A DNA stretch of 59,981 nt, filler included. It is 5 parts of 5 records of this genome, joined end to end, with 100 filler letters (N's around TTAATTAATTAA, not from the genome) between each part and the next. Parts side by side here need not be neighbours in the genome. Positions count along the whole stretch, not along the records: positions 26,962 to 33,425 come from SRR22947727_5412; positions 33,526 to 47,527 come from SRR22947727_5443; 3 more parts are not named here. One strand, written 5' to 3'. The position numbers and the translations under genes were made by a program. The notes under the pieces were generated by a model. That model searched no databases. It was given only the letters and a program-made list of their open reading frames with translations, and was not told the origin of the DNA. Position 1 is the first letter of the stretch. Each line of letters starts with the position of its first letter. Below are positions 27,073 through 36,618 of the stretch, piece by piece.

Positions 27073-28611
27073 TTAATCAAATAAATCGCGAAAATAACCT
27101 TTTATATTTTCCAGCATACTTGGTTCAGGAAGTTCGGAGTTTGATTCAGGTGTTTCAGATGTGCTTTGCTCATTAAGTTCAGAGCTACTTGGTTCTGTCA
27201 TACCCTCTGCTTGCACAACCCAGCCGCCGCCCATTGACTTATAGATATCCACCATCGAAGTATAAAACGTACCTTGAACTTGCGCATAATTAAGCTCTGC
27301 GTTAAACAAACTAGTTTGTGCGTCCAGTACCTCGAGATAGCTACTATAGCCATTATCGTAACTCAGAATGGCCAAGCGCGCATAAGTTCTTAAGGCTTCA
27401 AGTTCTTTTTCTAGAGCTGCCAATTGTTCTTTGGTTTTTTGATGTTGTATTAGGGCATTTGAAACTTCACTAAAAGCATTCTGGATTGATTGTTGATATT
27501 GCAATAGTGCTTGTTGTTGTATAGCTTCACTTTGTTTAACCTGTCCAGCAATACCACCAGCAGTGAATATTGGAATGGAGGCATCTCCACCAAAGGTCCA
27601 AATACCCGAGGAGCTTGAAAATAGATTCGATAGTTGCGTGCTTGATACACCCAATAATCCTGTTAATGAAATAGTAGGATAGTAGAGAGCTTTTGCTGCC
27701 CCTATCTGCGCGTTAGCTGCGATTAGATTTTGCTCAGCCTGAACTATATCTGGGCGGCGCTCTAGCAAATCTGATGGCAAACCTTCTGGAATTGCTGGTA
27801 AATCAAGCTTACTAATGCTCTGACCTCGAGGAATAGGCCCAGGATTTCTCCCCAGTAATAATGAAAGTGCATTTTCCTGTTGAGCAATTTGCATTTCTAT
27901 CGGTGGGATACTGGCTACAGCAAATTCGTACTCAGACCGATTTTGTGCGAGTACCATTTCTGAAATCACACTAGCCTCATATCTTAATTCAAATATTTTA
28001 AGAGAAGCTCTTCGACTTTCTTCAGTGGCTCTAGCAATTTCTAGCTGTAAATCAAGATCTCGTAAATTAATGTAGGATGCTGCAACTGTCGAAACCAATG
28101 TAAGCACAACGGCACGACGGCCCTCTTCACTTGCCAAAACCTCTGCTCTTGCAGCTTCGCTCTGACGACGTAATTTCCCCCAGATATCTAGCTCCCAACT
28201 GGCTGATATTGTGCCTTGGTATGAAGAGTAATTTTTATCTACACTGGGAGATAATGGTTCAGGGCCACCATTCTCTGTGACACGCTGCCTTGCCGCGTTA
28301 GCATCCGCCCCCACTTGAGGAAATAGCTGAGAACGAGTGGTGCCATAACGCCCTATGTATTCCTCAATTCGAGCAGCAGCAATCTTAACATCGCGGTTGT
28401 CTTCCAATGCTGTTGCAATTAATTCATTTAACACTGGATCTTCAAATTGTTGCCACCATTTGGTATTGGCTAAATTGTTTGAAGTATTTTCATCAAGAAA
28501 ACGAAATGTCTGTGGTGTATCTATTTGTGGTCGTTCGTAATCAGGGCCAACGGCCTTACAACCACTGAGTAAGAATATAGCAACAATATATAATAAGTTT
28601 AGTTTATATAT
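27073..28611 (-). CDS. Efflux outer-membrane factor lipoprotein (OprM/NodT family); apparent ATA start
   Basis: SWELDIWG, LPSDLLERRPDI, YLEVLDAQ, YKSMGGGW; in-frame upstream signal peptide (I)YKLNLLYIVAIFLLSGC..GPDYERP. Confidence 0.9.
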   Translation of the reverse strand: MYKLNLLYIVAIFLLSGCKAVGPDYERPQIDTPQTFRFLDENTSNNLANTKWWQQFEDPVLNELIATALEDNRDVKIAAARIEEYIGRYGTTRSQLFPQVGADANAARQRVTENGGPEPLSPSVDKNYSSYQGTISASWELDIWGKLRRQSEAARAEVLASEEGRRAVVLTLVSTVAASYINLRDLDLQLEIARATEESRRASLKIFELRYEASVISEMVLAQNRSEYEFAVASIPPIEMQIAQQENALSLLLGRNPGPIPRGQSISKLDLPAIPEGLPSDLLERRPDIVQAEQNLIAANAQIGAAKALYYPTISLTGLLGVSSTQLSNLFSSSSGIWTFGGDASIPIFTAGGIAGQVKQSEAIQQQALLQYQQSIQNAFSEVSNALIQHQKTKEQLAALEKELEALRTYARLAILSYDNGYSSYLEVLDAQTSLFNAELNYAQVQGTFYTSMVDIYKSMGGGWVVQAEGMTEPSSSELNEQSTSETPESNSELPEPSMLENIKGYFRDLFD

Positions 28612-28612
28612 A

Positions 28613-31600
28613 TCAACGCCCCTTTTTACGATTAGGACTTTTAGCAGTCGTTTGCGAAGTTTGATTTGCTGTTTTATTTTTACTTAACTTACTAGAAATA
28701 ATCTCAAACAGGTAATAGAACATAGGAATAAAGAACACTGCGATAGCAGTGGCAGCCACCATCCCGCCAATCACACCCGTACCGATAGAGTGTCGACTAT
28801 TTGCCGATGCCCCTACAGCTATTGCTAAAGGGACACAACCCAAAATAAAAGCTAACGATGTCATGATAATCGGTCGTAGACGCTCTTTAGCAGCGGAGAG
28901 TGTGGCATCAATTATTGATTGTCCCGATTCTCGATTGAGTACCGCGAATTCAAAAATTAAAATTGCATTTTTGGCCGCCAGTGCAATTAACATGGTAAGA
29001 CCAATCTGGAAGTAGATGTCATTATTTAGCCCACGTAATAAAATTGCCAGCAGAGCGCCAAATAATGCAAAAGGGACTGCCATCAAAACACCAATAGGTA
29101 ATGACCACCTTTCATATTTTGCCGATAAGATTAGGAATACCATCAACAAGCCAAAAGCAAAAACCATGCCTGAGGTAGAGCCTGACTGAAGTTGCTCAAA
29201 AGCTTGTCCGCTCCAAGCAATTTGATAGTCTTTTGCCGATAATTCCTCTTTAGCAAGCTCCTCAAGAGCAGTAATAGCTTGCCCAGAACTATAACCTTTT
29301 GCAGCATTCACTGTGAGCTTAACAGCAGGGAAGTTATTAAACCTTGTAATTAAATCAGGTCCGGTCACAAACTTGCTGGTCACCATAGATTTGAGCGGCA
29401 CCATGGCTCCTTTATTGCTGCGAACGTAAATATCATTTAAGTCTTCAGGCTTTAGGCGATCGCCTGGTTCTGCTTGAATAATTACCTGCCAAAGACGGCT
29501 GTCCTTATTAAACTGGGAAACATACAACGAGCCAAACATTGTCTGCATTGTGCTATACACATCTTGAACAGGCACTCCCAATGACTCAGATTTAGTTCGA
29601 TCAACCTCAACCAGTAATTGTTGTGAAGTTGCATTAAACGTTGAAGTAACACCACTTAATTCAGGTCGCTGCTTGGCCTTCGCAATATATTTTTCCACCG
29701 TCGCAGACAATTGATCCATTGTATTATTACCGGTACTCTGAATCCACATCTCCATACCCCCAGTAGTTCCTAGCCCTGGAATTGACGGCGGGTTGATTGG
29801 CAGAACAATCCCCTCCTGAATTTGCGATAATTCTTTATAGGCAGCTTGGGCAACTGCTTTCGCATTTTGGGTACGAATATTGTCCATCTTATAGCGCTCA
29901 TCAAAGTCTTTGAACCCAATAAAGAATGTACCTGCATTATTTTTATTCTGACTATCTAGCAAGCTAAAGCCACTCACCATCGCAATGCCTTCAACGGCAT
30001 CTTGCTTCATAAAATAATCCGTTACTCGCTTGCCGACTGCCCCGGTACGATCAAGACTTGCAGCATCAGGCATAATTACAGCACCCAGCAAATAACCTTG
30101 ATCCTCCACTGGAAGAAAGGCTTTTGGAATATTATCCATCATCGACACACTCAAACCAATCATGCCACCAAATAATAGCAAGGCAATTAAAAAACGTTTT
30201 ATGATGAAGGCAACAGCTTTAGTATAACCCTCTGTCATACGAGTAAAGGTATTATCAAACCATTTGAAAAAACCTCGCTTTTCGCGTTGCCCTGGTTTAA
30301 GCAAAAGCGCTGCTAGTGCAGGTGAAAGTGTAAGTGCAACAAAACCTGAAAGAACCACTGATATTGCAATCGTAATAGCAAACTGCTTGTAAAGTTCTCC
30401 GGTAATGCCAGCCAAAAATGCTACCGGTATAAATACGGAACACATCACTAATACAATTGCCACTACTGGTCCAGAAACTTCATCCATAGCCCGCTTGGCT
30501 GCATCCTTCGGACTTAATTTGTATTCTTGCATATTCCGCTCAACATTCTCTATAACCACAATCGCGTCATCCACCACAATACCAATTGCTAATACCATGC
30601 CAAATAATGTCAACATATTGATGGAAAAGCCTAATGCCAGAAGACCCACAAAGGCACCAATGATTGAAACTGGTACAGCAATAACAGGAATAAGCGTGGC
30701 ACGAACGCTTTGAAGGAAGATAAACACCACCAACACCACCAGCACCAAAGCTATAAAGAAAGTATTAATCACATCCTTGATGGAAGCACGAGTAAATTCG
30801 GTAGTATCCATCACAATTTTGTACTCTATGCCTTCAGGGAATGAACCTTTCATCTTAGCTAGCGTAGCTTTTACTTGTGCAGAGACATCAAGAGCGTTAG
30901 CGCCTGGCTGCTGATAAACCGCAAGCAATGTTGCTGGTTTACCTTGAAATGTACTACGTAATGAATAATCTTTTTGACCAAATTCAGCACGACCCACATC
31001 CTTCAGACGTACTATTGCAACACCATTACTATCTGCGCGAAGAATGATGTTTTCAAATTCAGAAGGTTGAGTCAACCTACCTTTTGTAGTTACAGCAAAA
31101 GATTGTTCTACAGCTGCGCCCGTTGGTGATTGCCCAATCTGCCCAACTGCAAACTGTTGATTTTGATTCGCCACCGCATTTTGTACATCGCTGGCAGTAA
31201 TACCAAGCTGCGCCATACGATCTGTTTTTAACCAAATACGCATTGCATAATCCGGCGTGCCGAAGATGGCAGACTGATTTGCCCCTGGAACACGCTTTAA
31301 CGCATCAAGCACGTAAATATTTGCATAATTGGCGATGTAAGTTTCATCGTAACGATCTTCAGGTGAATAAACTGCAATCACCATCATAAAAGCAGAGGAT
31401 TTTTTCTGTATTGAAACCCCTTCATCTTGAACAGATTGCGGTAACTGGGGCAAAGCCAAGTTAACCCTATTTTGAACATCAACTTGAGCCAGTTCAGGGT
31501 CTTTGCCAATATCAAAAAATACGTTTAGCGTCATGTCACCTGTTGATGAACTCGACGAATACATATAAATCATGTCATCAGCACCATTAACCTGTTGCTC

Positions 31601-31801
31601 GATCGGCGCTGCTACATTATTAGCAACAACATCTGCGCTAGCCCCTGGGTAGGTTGCCGCTACCGTGATTTGTGGTGGAGTAATTTCTGGGTATTGTGCA
31701 ATCGGCAAATTTAACATTGCTAATGCACCTGCCAAGGTGATCACAATGGAAATAACCGCTGCAAAAATTGGTCTATCGATACAGAAGTGTGAAAGGTTCA
31801 T
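28613..31801 (-). CDS. RND efflux permease (HAE1, AcrB/MexB-like)
   Basis: RPIFAAV, GIVVDDAIVVIEN, AKNAILI, RLRPIIMTSLAF. Confidence 0.96.
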   Translation of the reverse strand: MNLSHFCIDRPIFAAVISIVITLAGALAMLNLPIAQYPEITPPQITVAATYPGASADVVANNVAAPIEQQVNGADDMIYMYSSSSSTGDMTLNVFFDIGKDPELAQVDVQNRVNLALPQLPQSVQDEGVSIQKKSSAFMMVIAVYSPEDRYDETYIANYANIYVLDALKRVPGANQSAIFGTPDYAMRIWLKTDRMAQLGITASDVQNAVANQNQQFAVGQIGQSPTGAAVEQSFAVTTKGRLTQPSEFENIILRADSNGVAIVRLKDVGRAEFGQKDYSLRSTFQGKPATLLAVYQQPGANALDVSAQVKATLAKMKGSFPEGIEYKIVMDTTEFTRASIKDVINTFFIALVLVVLVVFIFLQSVRATLIPVIAVPVSIIGAFVGLLALGFSINMLTLFGMVLAIGIVVDDAIVVIENVERNMQEYKLSPKDAAKRAMDEVSGPVVAIVLVMCSVFIPVAFLAGITGELYKQFAITIAISVVLSGFVALTLSPALAALLLKPGQREKRGFFKWFDNTFTRMTEGYTKAVAFIIKRFLIALLLFGGMIGLSVSMMDNIPKAFLPVEDQGYLLGAVIMPDAASLDRTGAVGKRVTDYFMKQDAVEGIAMVSGFSLLDSQNKNNAGTFFIGFKDFDERYKMDNIRTQNAKAVAQAAYKELSQIQEGIVLPINPPSIPGLGTTGGMEMWIQSTGNNTMDQLSATVEKYIAKAKQRPELSGVTSTFNATSQQLLVEVDRTKSESLGVPVQDVYSTMQTMFGSLYVSQFNKDSRLWQVIIQAEPGDRLKPEDLNDIYVRSNKGAMVPLKSMVTSKFVTGPDLITRFNNFPAVKLTVNAAKGYSSGQAITALEELAKEELSAKDYQIAWSGQAFEQLQSGSTSGMVFAFGLLMVFLILSAKYERWSLPIGVLMAVPFALFGALLAILLRGLNNDIYFQIGLTMLIALAAKNAILIFEFAVLNRESGQSIIDATLSAAKERLRPIIMTSLAFILGCVPLAIAVGASANSRHSIGTGVIGGMVAATAIAVFFIPMFYYLFEIISSKLSKNKTANQTSQTTAKSPNRKKGR

Positions 31802-31815
31802 TCGTGACTCCTAAA

Positions 31816-33051
31816 TCACTCTTTGTATTGGCCGGAGGAATTGGGCGATTTTTCTGGATTTAGTCTTAATTTTTCACTTGGAAGTACGGGTACAGCAATA
31901 TTCGATGGCGCTTTCGGATCATCCTCTAACAGCTGGGCTTTTACCTCAGTAATTTTTAGTGGTTTCTTTGCTTTCACACGAATTGCGCCTTCAACCACTA
32001 CCCGCTCACCTGCTTTTAAACCACCATTGATGAGCCAATCATTACCAATCCAATCACCTACTTCAACCATTCGCTGTTCTGCCTGATTATCCTTGTTGAT
32101 AACCCATACAAAATGGCTCTTGGCTCCCTGCAAAACTGCAGTCTGTGGGACAATGATTGCGTTTTTACGACTGGCACCAGACACCTTTGCTCGTACGAAC
32201 TGTCCTGGCCGCAATTGTCCATCAGGATTCTTAAAAACAGCACGTACTAGAAAAGTGCCTGTTTCCTTACTAAATGAAGGATTTGCAAAACTGATGTAGC
32301 CCATATTTGGAAAAACAGAACCATCCGCGAGAGTAAGCTGCACTTGAAACTTGCTATCTTTTGGACCTACAAGCAGTCCTTTTGCCACATTATCACGATA
32401 ACTAAAGAGCTCATTTTCGGAAACACTAAAATTAACATTCATAGGATCGATGCCTGAAACACTTGTAAGCACACTACCTACAATAAGATAGGCACCCTCA
32501 TTTGGCTTAGCGTTTCTTGATAGGCCAGATATTGGCGATACAATAGTTGTGTAGCTAAGGTTAAGTTCCGCAACTCTCACTTGCCCCATAGCAGAAATTA
32601 CAGCAGCCTGCGCCTCTTTTTCATCACCGGTAACGGTATCCAGTGTTTGTTGACTGACTGCATTTTGTGCTGCCAGTGGGATAACTCTAGCTAATGTTGC
32701 TTTAGCAACTTCTAACCTTGCCTGCTGTTGCGCAAGTTCACCTTTCGCAGTTAATAATTCAGCTTCAAATGGTTTTGGGTCCATCTGAAACATAATTTTC
32801 CCGGCAGTGACAAATTCACCATCGTTATAAAGCTGTTTATCAAGAAAACCAGCAACGCGTGCTCGGAGTTCAACCTCGTTCGGACTTAACGTTTGTCCTA
32901 CATATTCAAAATCAATCGGAGTATCTTGCGCTATTATTTTCATCACCGACACTTCAATCGGCGGTTTTGGTAGTGGTGGTGATTTTTTATCGCATGCAGT
33001 CAATAACAATGAAGTTATAAAGCAGGTAAAAAAAATGAGCTTTTTTTTCAT
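31816..33051 (-). CDS. RND periplasmic adaptor (MFP) lipoprotein
   Basis: Lipobox LTAC, ELRARVAG, LSYTTIVSPISG, LRPGQFVR; ATG 33051 preferred. Confidence 0.93.
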   Translation of the reverse strand: MKKKLIFFTCFITSLLLTACDKKSPPLPKPPIEVSVMKIIAQDTPIDFEYVGQTLSPNEVELRARVAGFLDKQLYNDGEFVTAGKIMFQMDPKPFEAELLTAKGELAQQQARLEVAKATLARVIPLAAQNAVSQQTLDTVTGDEKEAQAAVISAMGQVRVAELNLSYTTIVSPISGLSRNAKPNEGAYLIVGSVLTSVSGIDPMNVNFSVSENELFSYRDNVAKGLLVGPKDSKFQVQLTLADGSVFPNMGYISFANPSFSKETGTFLVRAVFKNPDGQLRPGQFVRAKVSGASRKNAIIVPQTAVLQGAKSHFVWVINKDNQAEQRMVEVGDWIGNDWLINGGLKAGERVVVEGAIRVKAKKPLKITEVKAQLLEDDPKAPSNIAVPVLPSEKLRLNPEKSPNSSGQYKE

Positions 33052-33238
33052 AATTACTTCCCTGAACATTAGAAATCAATAGTTAAGAAGTAGCCTAAAA
33101 AAAGAATTTATTGATTATTTTTAAAAATACAACTCATATAAATCATAACATATTGCTTCTAAAAAATTTAAGATTCATTTCATATGATTATATTGATATG
33201 ATGTGTAAATATTTTAAGTTTATAAAAAAGGAAAGTAG

Positions 33239-33379
33239 ATGAAAAAGTTATTAGCTTTGTTGGTATCAGCTGTGCTTGTTACAGGTTGTTTTTATGCTGC
33301 AAAAGAAGAAGCAGAGAAAGAGTGTGATAAAGCTGGAGAAAAATGCGAGTCAGTGAGTGAAAGTGATTTAAATTCTTAA
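33239..33379 (+). CDS. 46-aa small lipoprotein (not in ORF track)
   Basis: MKKLLALLVSAVLVTGC-FYAAKEEAEKECDKAGEKCESVSESDLNS; SD AAGGA; downstream hairpin GGGGAT-gctct-ATCCCC. Confidence 0.75.
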   Translation: MKKLLALLVSAVLVTGCFYAAKEEAEKECDKAGEKCESVSESDLNS

Positions 33380-33425
33380 GATAAAGTAATTGAATTTCCC
33401 CTTAGGAGGGGGATGCTCTATCCCC

Positions 33426-33525
33426 NNNNNNNNNNNNNNNNNNNNNNNNNNNNNNNNNNNNNNNNNNNNTTAATTAATTAANNNNNNNNNNNNNNNNNNN
33501 NNNNNNNNNNNNNNNNNNNNNNNNN
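33426..33525. other. Artificial contig linker
   Basis: N-runs with TTAATTAATTAA. Confidence 0.99.
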
Positions 33526-34077
33526 TCCTTCAGGTCTTTCACCAATCAGACCTAATTTTGGTTTTTTAAACTCTATTATTTTTTTGTTAACTAACCTTGA
33601 ATTTATTTTTTTTAAATAATTTTTTTTTGTAAAACTATTTTTTGTTTTTATAAATTTTAATATTTCTTTAGAAAACGACTGTTCATCATTTGTGTAAATT
33701 ATAAAATTAGAATAAAATTTACTTTTAATTAAGGCATGTAACCCTAAATTTACTCCACAAAGCGAATTCAGCCTTAAGCGACCGCCTGATCTCCTCTCTT
33801 TGAATGAAATAAATAAAATCGGTTTTGTAAATTTTTTAACGAATGAAGAAATAAATTTTGCATCAGTAAAAGTTGATTGAATAACTATAAATCTTGTACA
33901 TTTAATGTTTTTAAAATATTTAATTGAGTTTTCACCAATTTTATCATTAGTTATTAAGTCATCAAAAAATATTATCTTTTTATTTAATTTTGTAAGTAAT
34001 TTTTTTGTTTTTAATAATTTTTTCTTAGCAAAATCAATATCAAAAGTTTCTCTTGCTAAACTAAAGCACCCGATCAT
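33526..34077 (-). CDS. L-fucose/L-arabinose isomerase-family protein, SqvD/SftI (sulfoquinovose isomerase)-like, 3'-truncated
   Basis: LARETFD, QSTFTD, GGRLRLNSLCG, LGLIGERPEG. Confidence 0.7.
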
Positions 34078-35096
34078 TAAAAACCTTTGTATTTATTTTT
34101 GAAATTTAAAGATTTTTTTTGAATTAATTTATTTGCTAAATACTTTTCTAAAGACTGAGCATTTTTTTTTGTAAGCGTGTTTAGTTTCTTAACATAATTT
34201 GCACTTTCCTTACTTAAGTTATGTGTAATTTTTTTGTAATTTGGATAATCTTTAAAAGCATCCAGCCAAATAGTTCTTCCAGCAAGATATCCAGAGGCAC
34301 CATTTTTATACGCTAATTTTAAACAATTATAAAAAGATTTTTTACTCATTCCGGAAGAAAGCATGACCCATGGTATATCCTTAGTTGCTAAAGAAAGTTT
34401 TCTAAAGGCATCTTGAGTAGCTTTAGTAGATTTATCATTTTCTAATTTATTACTATCTACGGGGCTTTCTAACTTAAAAATATCAACCTTATATTTTGCT
34501 TTAGAAAATTCTTTAACACTTTCTATAACATGATTTTGATTTTTATTTTGTTGCTCTTTATAATCTTTTGAGTATCCAGTTTCATTTTTAAATGGATAAA
34601 CCAATAGCTCTAATAAAAAAGGAATATCATATTTTTCACATTGTTTGCCTATTGTTTCAATATATTCTTTTTGATGTTTAATAGAATTTAGTTCTGCATC
34701 AGGTCGATACCAAGCTAATACTTTTACAGCATCACCACCTATTTTTTTTATTTTTTCGACTGTCCAATTATTTATATTCTTTGAATATCTTCCTTTTCCT
34801 TTTTCTACAAAAACATGATCCTCTAAAGTAACTATTAATCCTTTACTTTTGCTAGTATGGATTAGGTTTGGAATTGAATAAACGGGGTCCATTAATATTG
34901 CACTTGAATGCTTAGAGAGGTTTTCTGATATGTGTTTTTTAAACTTAACAACATCATCAAAATTGTAATTCTTTTTTTTCTGTTTAATGATATTAAAAAT
35001 TGGTGGTCTTTGATCAATAGCCAACATCTCTAAATGATTATAATTATTACATATTTTTTTAATATGTACGTATTTACCGGTTTTATAAGTTTTCAT
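34077..35096 (-). CDS. Class I LacD/YihT-family aldolase
   Basis: MLAIDQR, DAVKVL, FLLE, DIFKLE, PWVMLSSGM, GASGYLAGRTIW; start revised to ATG 35096. Confidence 0.85.
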   Translation of the reverse strand: MKTYKTGKYVHIKKICNNYNHLEMLAIDQRPPIFNIIKQKKKNYNFDDVVKFKKHISENLSKHSSAILMDPVYSIPNLIHTSKSKGLIVTLEDHVFVEKGKGRYSKNINNWTVEKIKKIGGDAVKVLAWYRPDAELNSIKHQKEYIETIGKQCEKYDIPFLLELLVYPFKNETGYSKDYKEQQNKNQNHVIESVKEFSKAKYKVDIFKLESPVDSNKLENDKSTKATQDAFRKLSLATKDIPWVMLSSGMSKKSFYNCLKLAYKNGASGYLAGRTIWLDAFKDYPNYKKITHNLSKESANYVKKLNTLTKKNAQSLEKYLANKLIQKKSLNFKNKYKGF

Positions 35097-35281
35097 TAAA
35101 GAGTCAGTGTTTGATTCTACACAATTTCTATTTTTTAATAATAGAATAGATTTATAAAACAAGATTTTATTTTTTCACACATATTTGCTAATAAATTTCA
35201 ATAATTTCCGAATAAATCTTAACTTTTTTTCACTTGAATAAATAAACATTAAAGGTAATGTTAAAAAAAATTGGAGGAAAT

Positions 35282-36556
35282 ATGATTAAATATTTTTTTA
35301 AGGCAGTTTCAGTAACTGCTATTACTATCTCCTTGACTTTGGTTTCTGCAGTTTCTTTTGCTGCCACAGATGTTAGAATTATGTGGTACGGTGATGGTGA
35401 CAAAGAAAATGTTCCAATTCAAGGACAAATAGATGCATTTAATGCAGCTAATTCAGATATTAACGTTATCCTAGATATCGTTCCTTACGATGCGATTATG
35501 AATACTTTACCTATTCAATTAGCAGCTGGTGAAGGTCCTGATATTGCGAGAGTAACAGATCTTGGTGGTCTAAACAAATATTATGCTGATATCACATCGC
35601 ATGTTGCTAATCCTCAATACTATGAAGATAGCTTCGGTCCTTTTTTAAAGTGGTACCGTAAGGCAGGAGATACAAGCTCAATTCATGGTTTTCATTCTAC
35701 AATGACTGTTACAGGTCCTTATGTAAATAAAACTTTATTTGAACAAGCTGGTGTTGATCTCCTTGGCCCTGGTGCAACTTGGGCAGAATGGGCAGATGCA
35801 GCAAATGCAGTTGCAAGTAAACTAGATATTCCAATTCCAATGGCTTGGGATAGATCAGGTCACCGTGTATCAGGTCCAGCAGTATCTATGGGTGCTCAAT
35901 ATTTTGATGCAAACGGCGATCCAAAACTGGTTGATGATGGTTTAAAAGCTATGACTCAAATGCTTTATGACTGGCACCAAAATGGAACTATGTCTAAAGA
36001 TCTTTGGGGTTCTGTATCAGGAACAACATATCATGCTCCTAACGATTGGTGGAATGCAGCTGAAGTTGTATTTATGATGAGTGGATCTTGGCAAATTGGA
36101 AGATTTGCTAATGAAGTTGGAGATGACTTTGATTGGTGGGCAGTACCTGCTCCTTGTGGACCAGCTGCTTGTACTGGAATGCCTGGTGGAAACGCATTAC
36201 TAGCTTTTACAGCAAATGATGCTGTAGGAAGAGTAATGGACTATCTATCAAGTAAAGAGCAACTAGGTGCATTTATTGGAGAAGTTCTTGCAATACCAGG
36301 ACATCTAGATTTACCTGTTGATTATCAAACAGATGATCCAAATGCTAAGCATGCACTAGAAACTTTTGCTGGTGCTGTGCCTACTATTGATCAAGTTGCG
36401 TTTGATCTTCAGGCTCATGTAGATAACCGTATTATGTTCAATGCAATTATTTCAAGATTAGGTCAAGCAATTGTGGGAGAGATGTCTCTAGAAGAAGCTT
36501 GGGTGAAAATGGATGAAGATGTTGAAAAACAACTTAAAGAAAAATACGGCGGCTAA
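35282..36556 (+). CDS. Carbohydrate ABC transporter substrate-binding protein (AguE-like)
   Basis: Signal peptide; LPIQLAAGEGPDIARVTDLGG, GPYVNKTLFEQAGV; SD GGAGG before ATG 35282. Confidence 0.88.
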   Translation: MIKYFFKAVSVTAITISLTLVSAVSFAATDVRIMWYGDGDKENVPIQGQIDAFNAANSDINVILDIVPYDAIMNTLPIQLAAGEGPDIARVTDLGGLNKYYADITSHVANPQYYEDSFGPFLKWYRKAGDTSSIHGFHSTMTVTGPYVNKTLFEQAGVDLLGPGATWAEWADAANAVASKLDIPIPMAWDRSGHRVSGPAVSMGAQYFDANGDPKLVDDGLKAMTQMLYDWHQNGTMSKDLWGSVSGTTYHAPNDWWNAAEVVFMMSGSWQIGRFANEVGDDFDWWAVPAPCGPAACTGMPGGNALLAFTANDAVGRVMDYLSSKEQLGAFIGEVLAIPGHLDLPVDYQTDDPNAKHALETFAGAVPTIDQVAFDLQAHVDNRIMFNAIISRLGQAIVGEMSLEEAWVKMDEDVEKQLKEKYGG

Positions 36557-36576
36557 GCGTCTTTTTAAATAAATTT

Positions 36577-36607
36577 AAAAGCTGCTCAATTTGAGCAGCT
36601 TTTTTTT
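36577..36607 (+). terminator. Hairpin with U-tract between SBP and permease genes
   Basis: AAAAGCTGCTCAA-T-TTGAGCAGCTTTT plus T-run. Confidence 0.75.
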
Positions 36608-36618
36608 CAATAAATCAT

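Noticed and set aside
33070-33238. Operator for the RND operon
   Set aside because: Only weak AT-rich inverted repeats and no regulator gene on the contig
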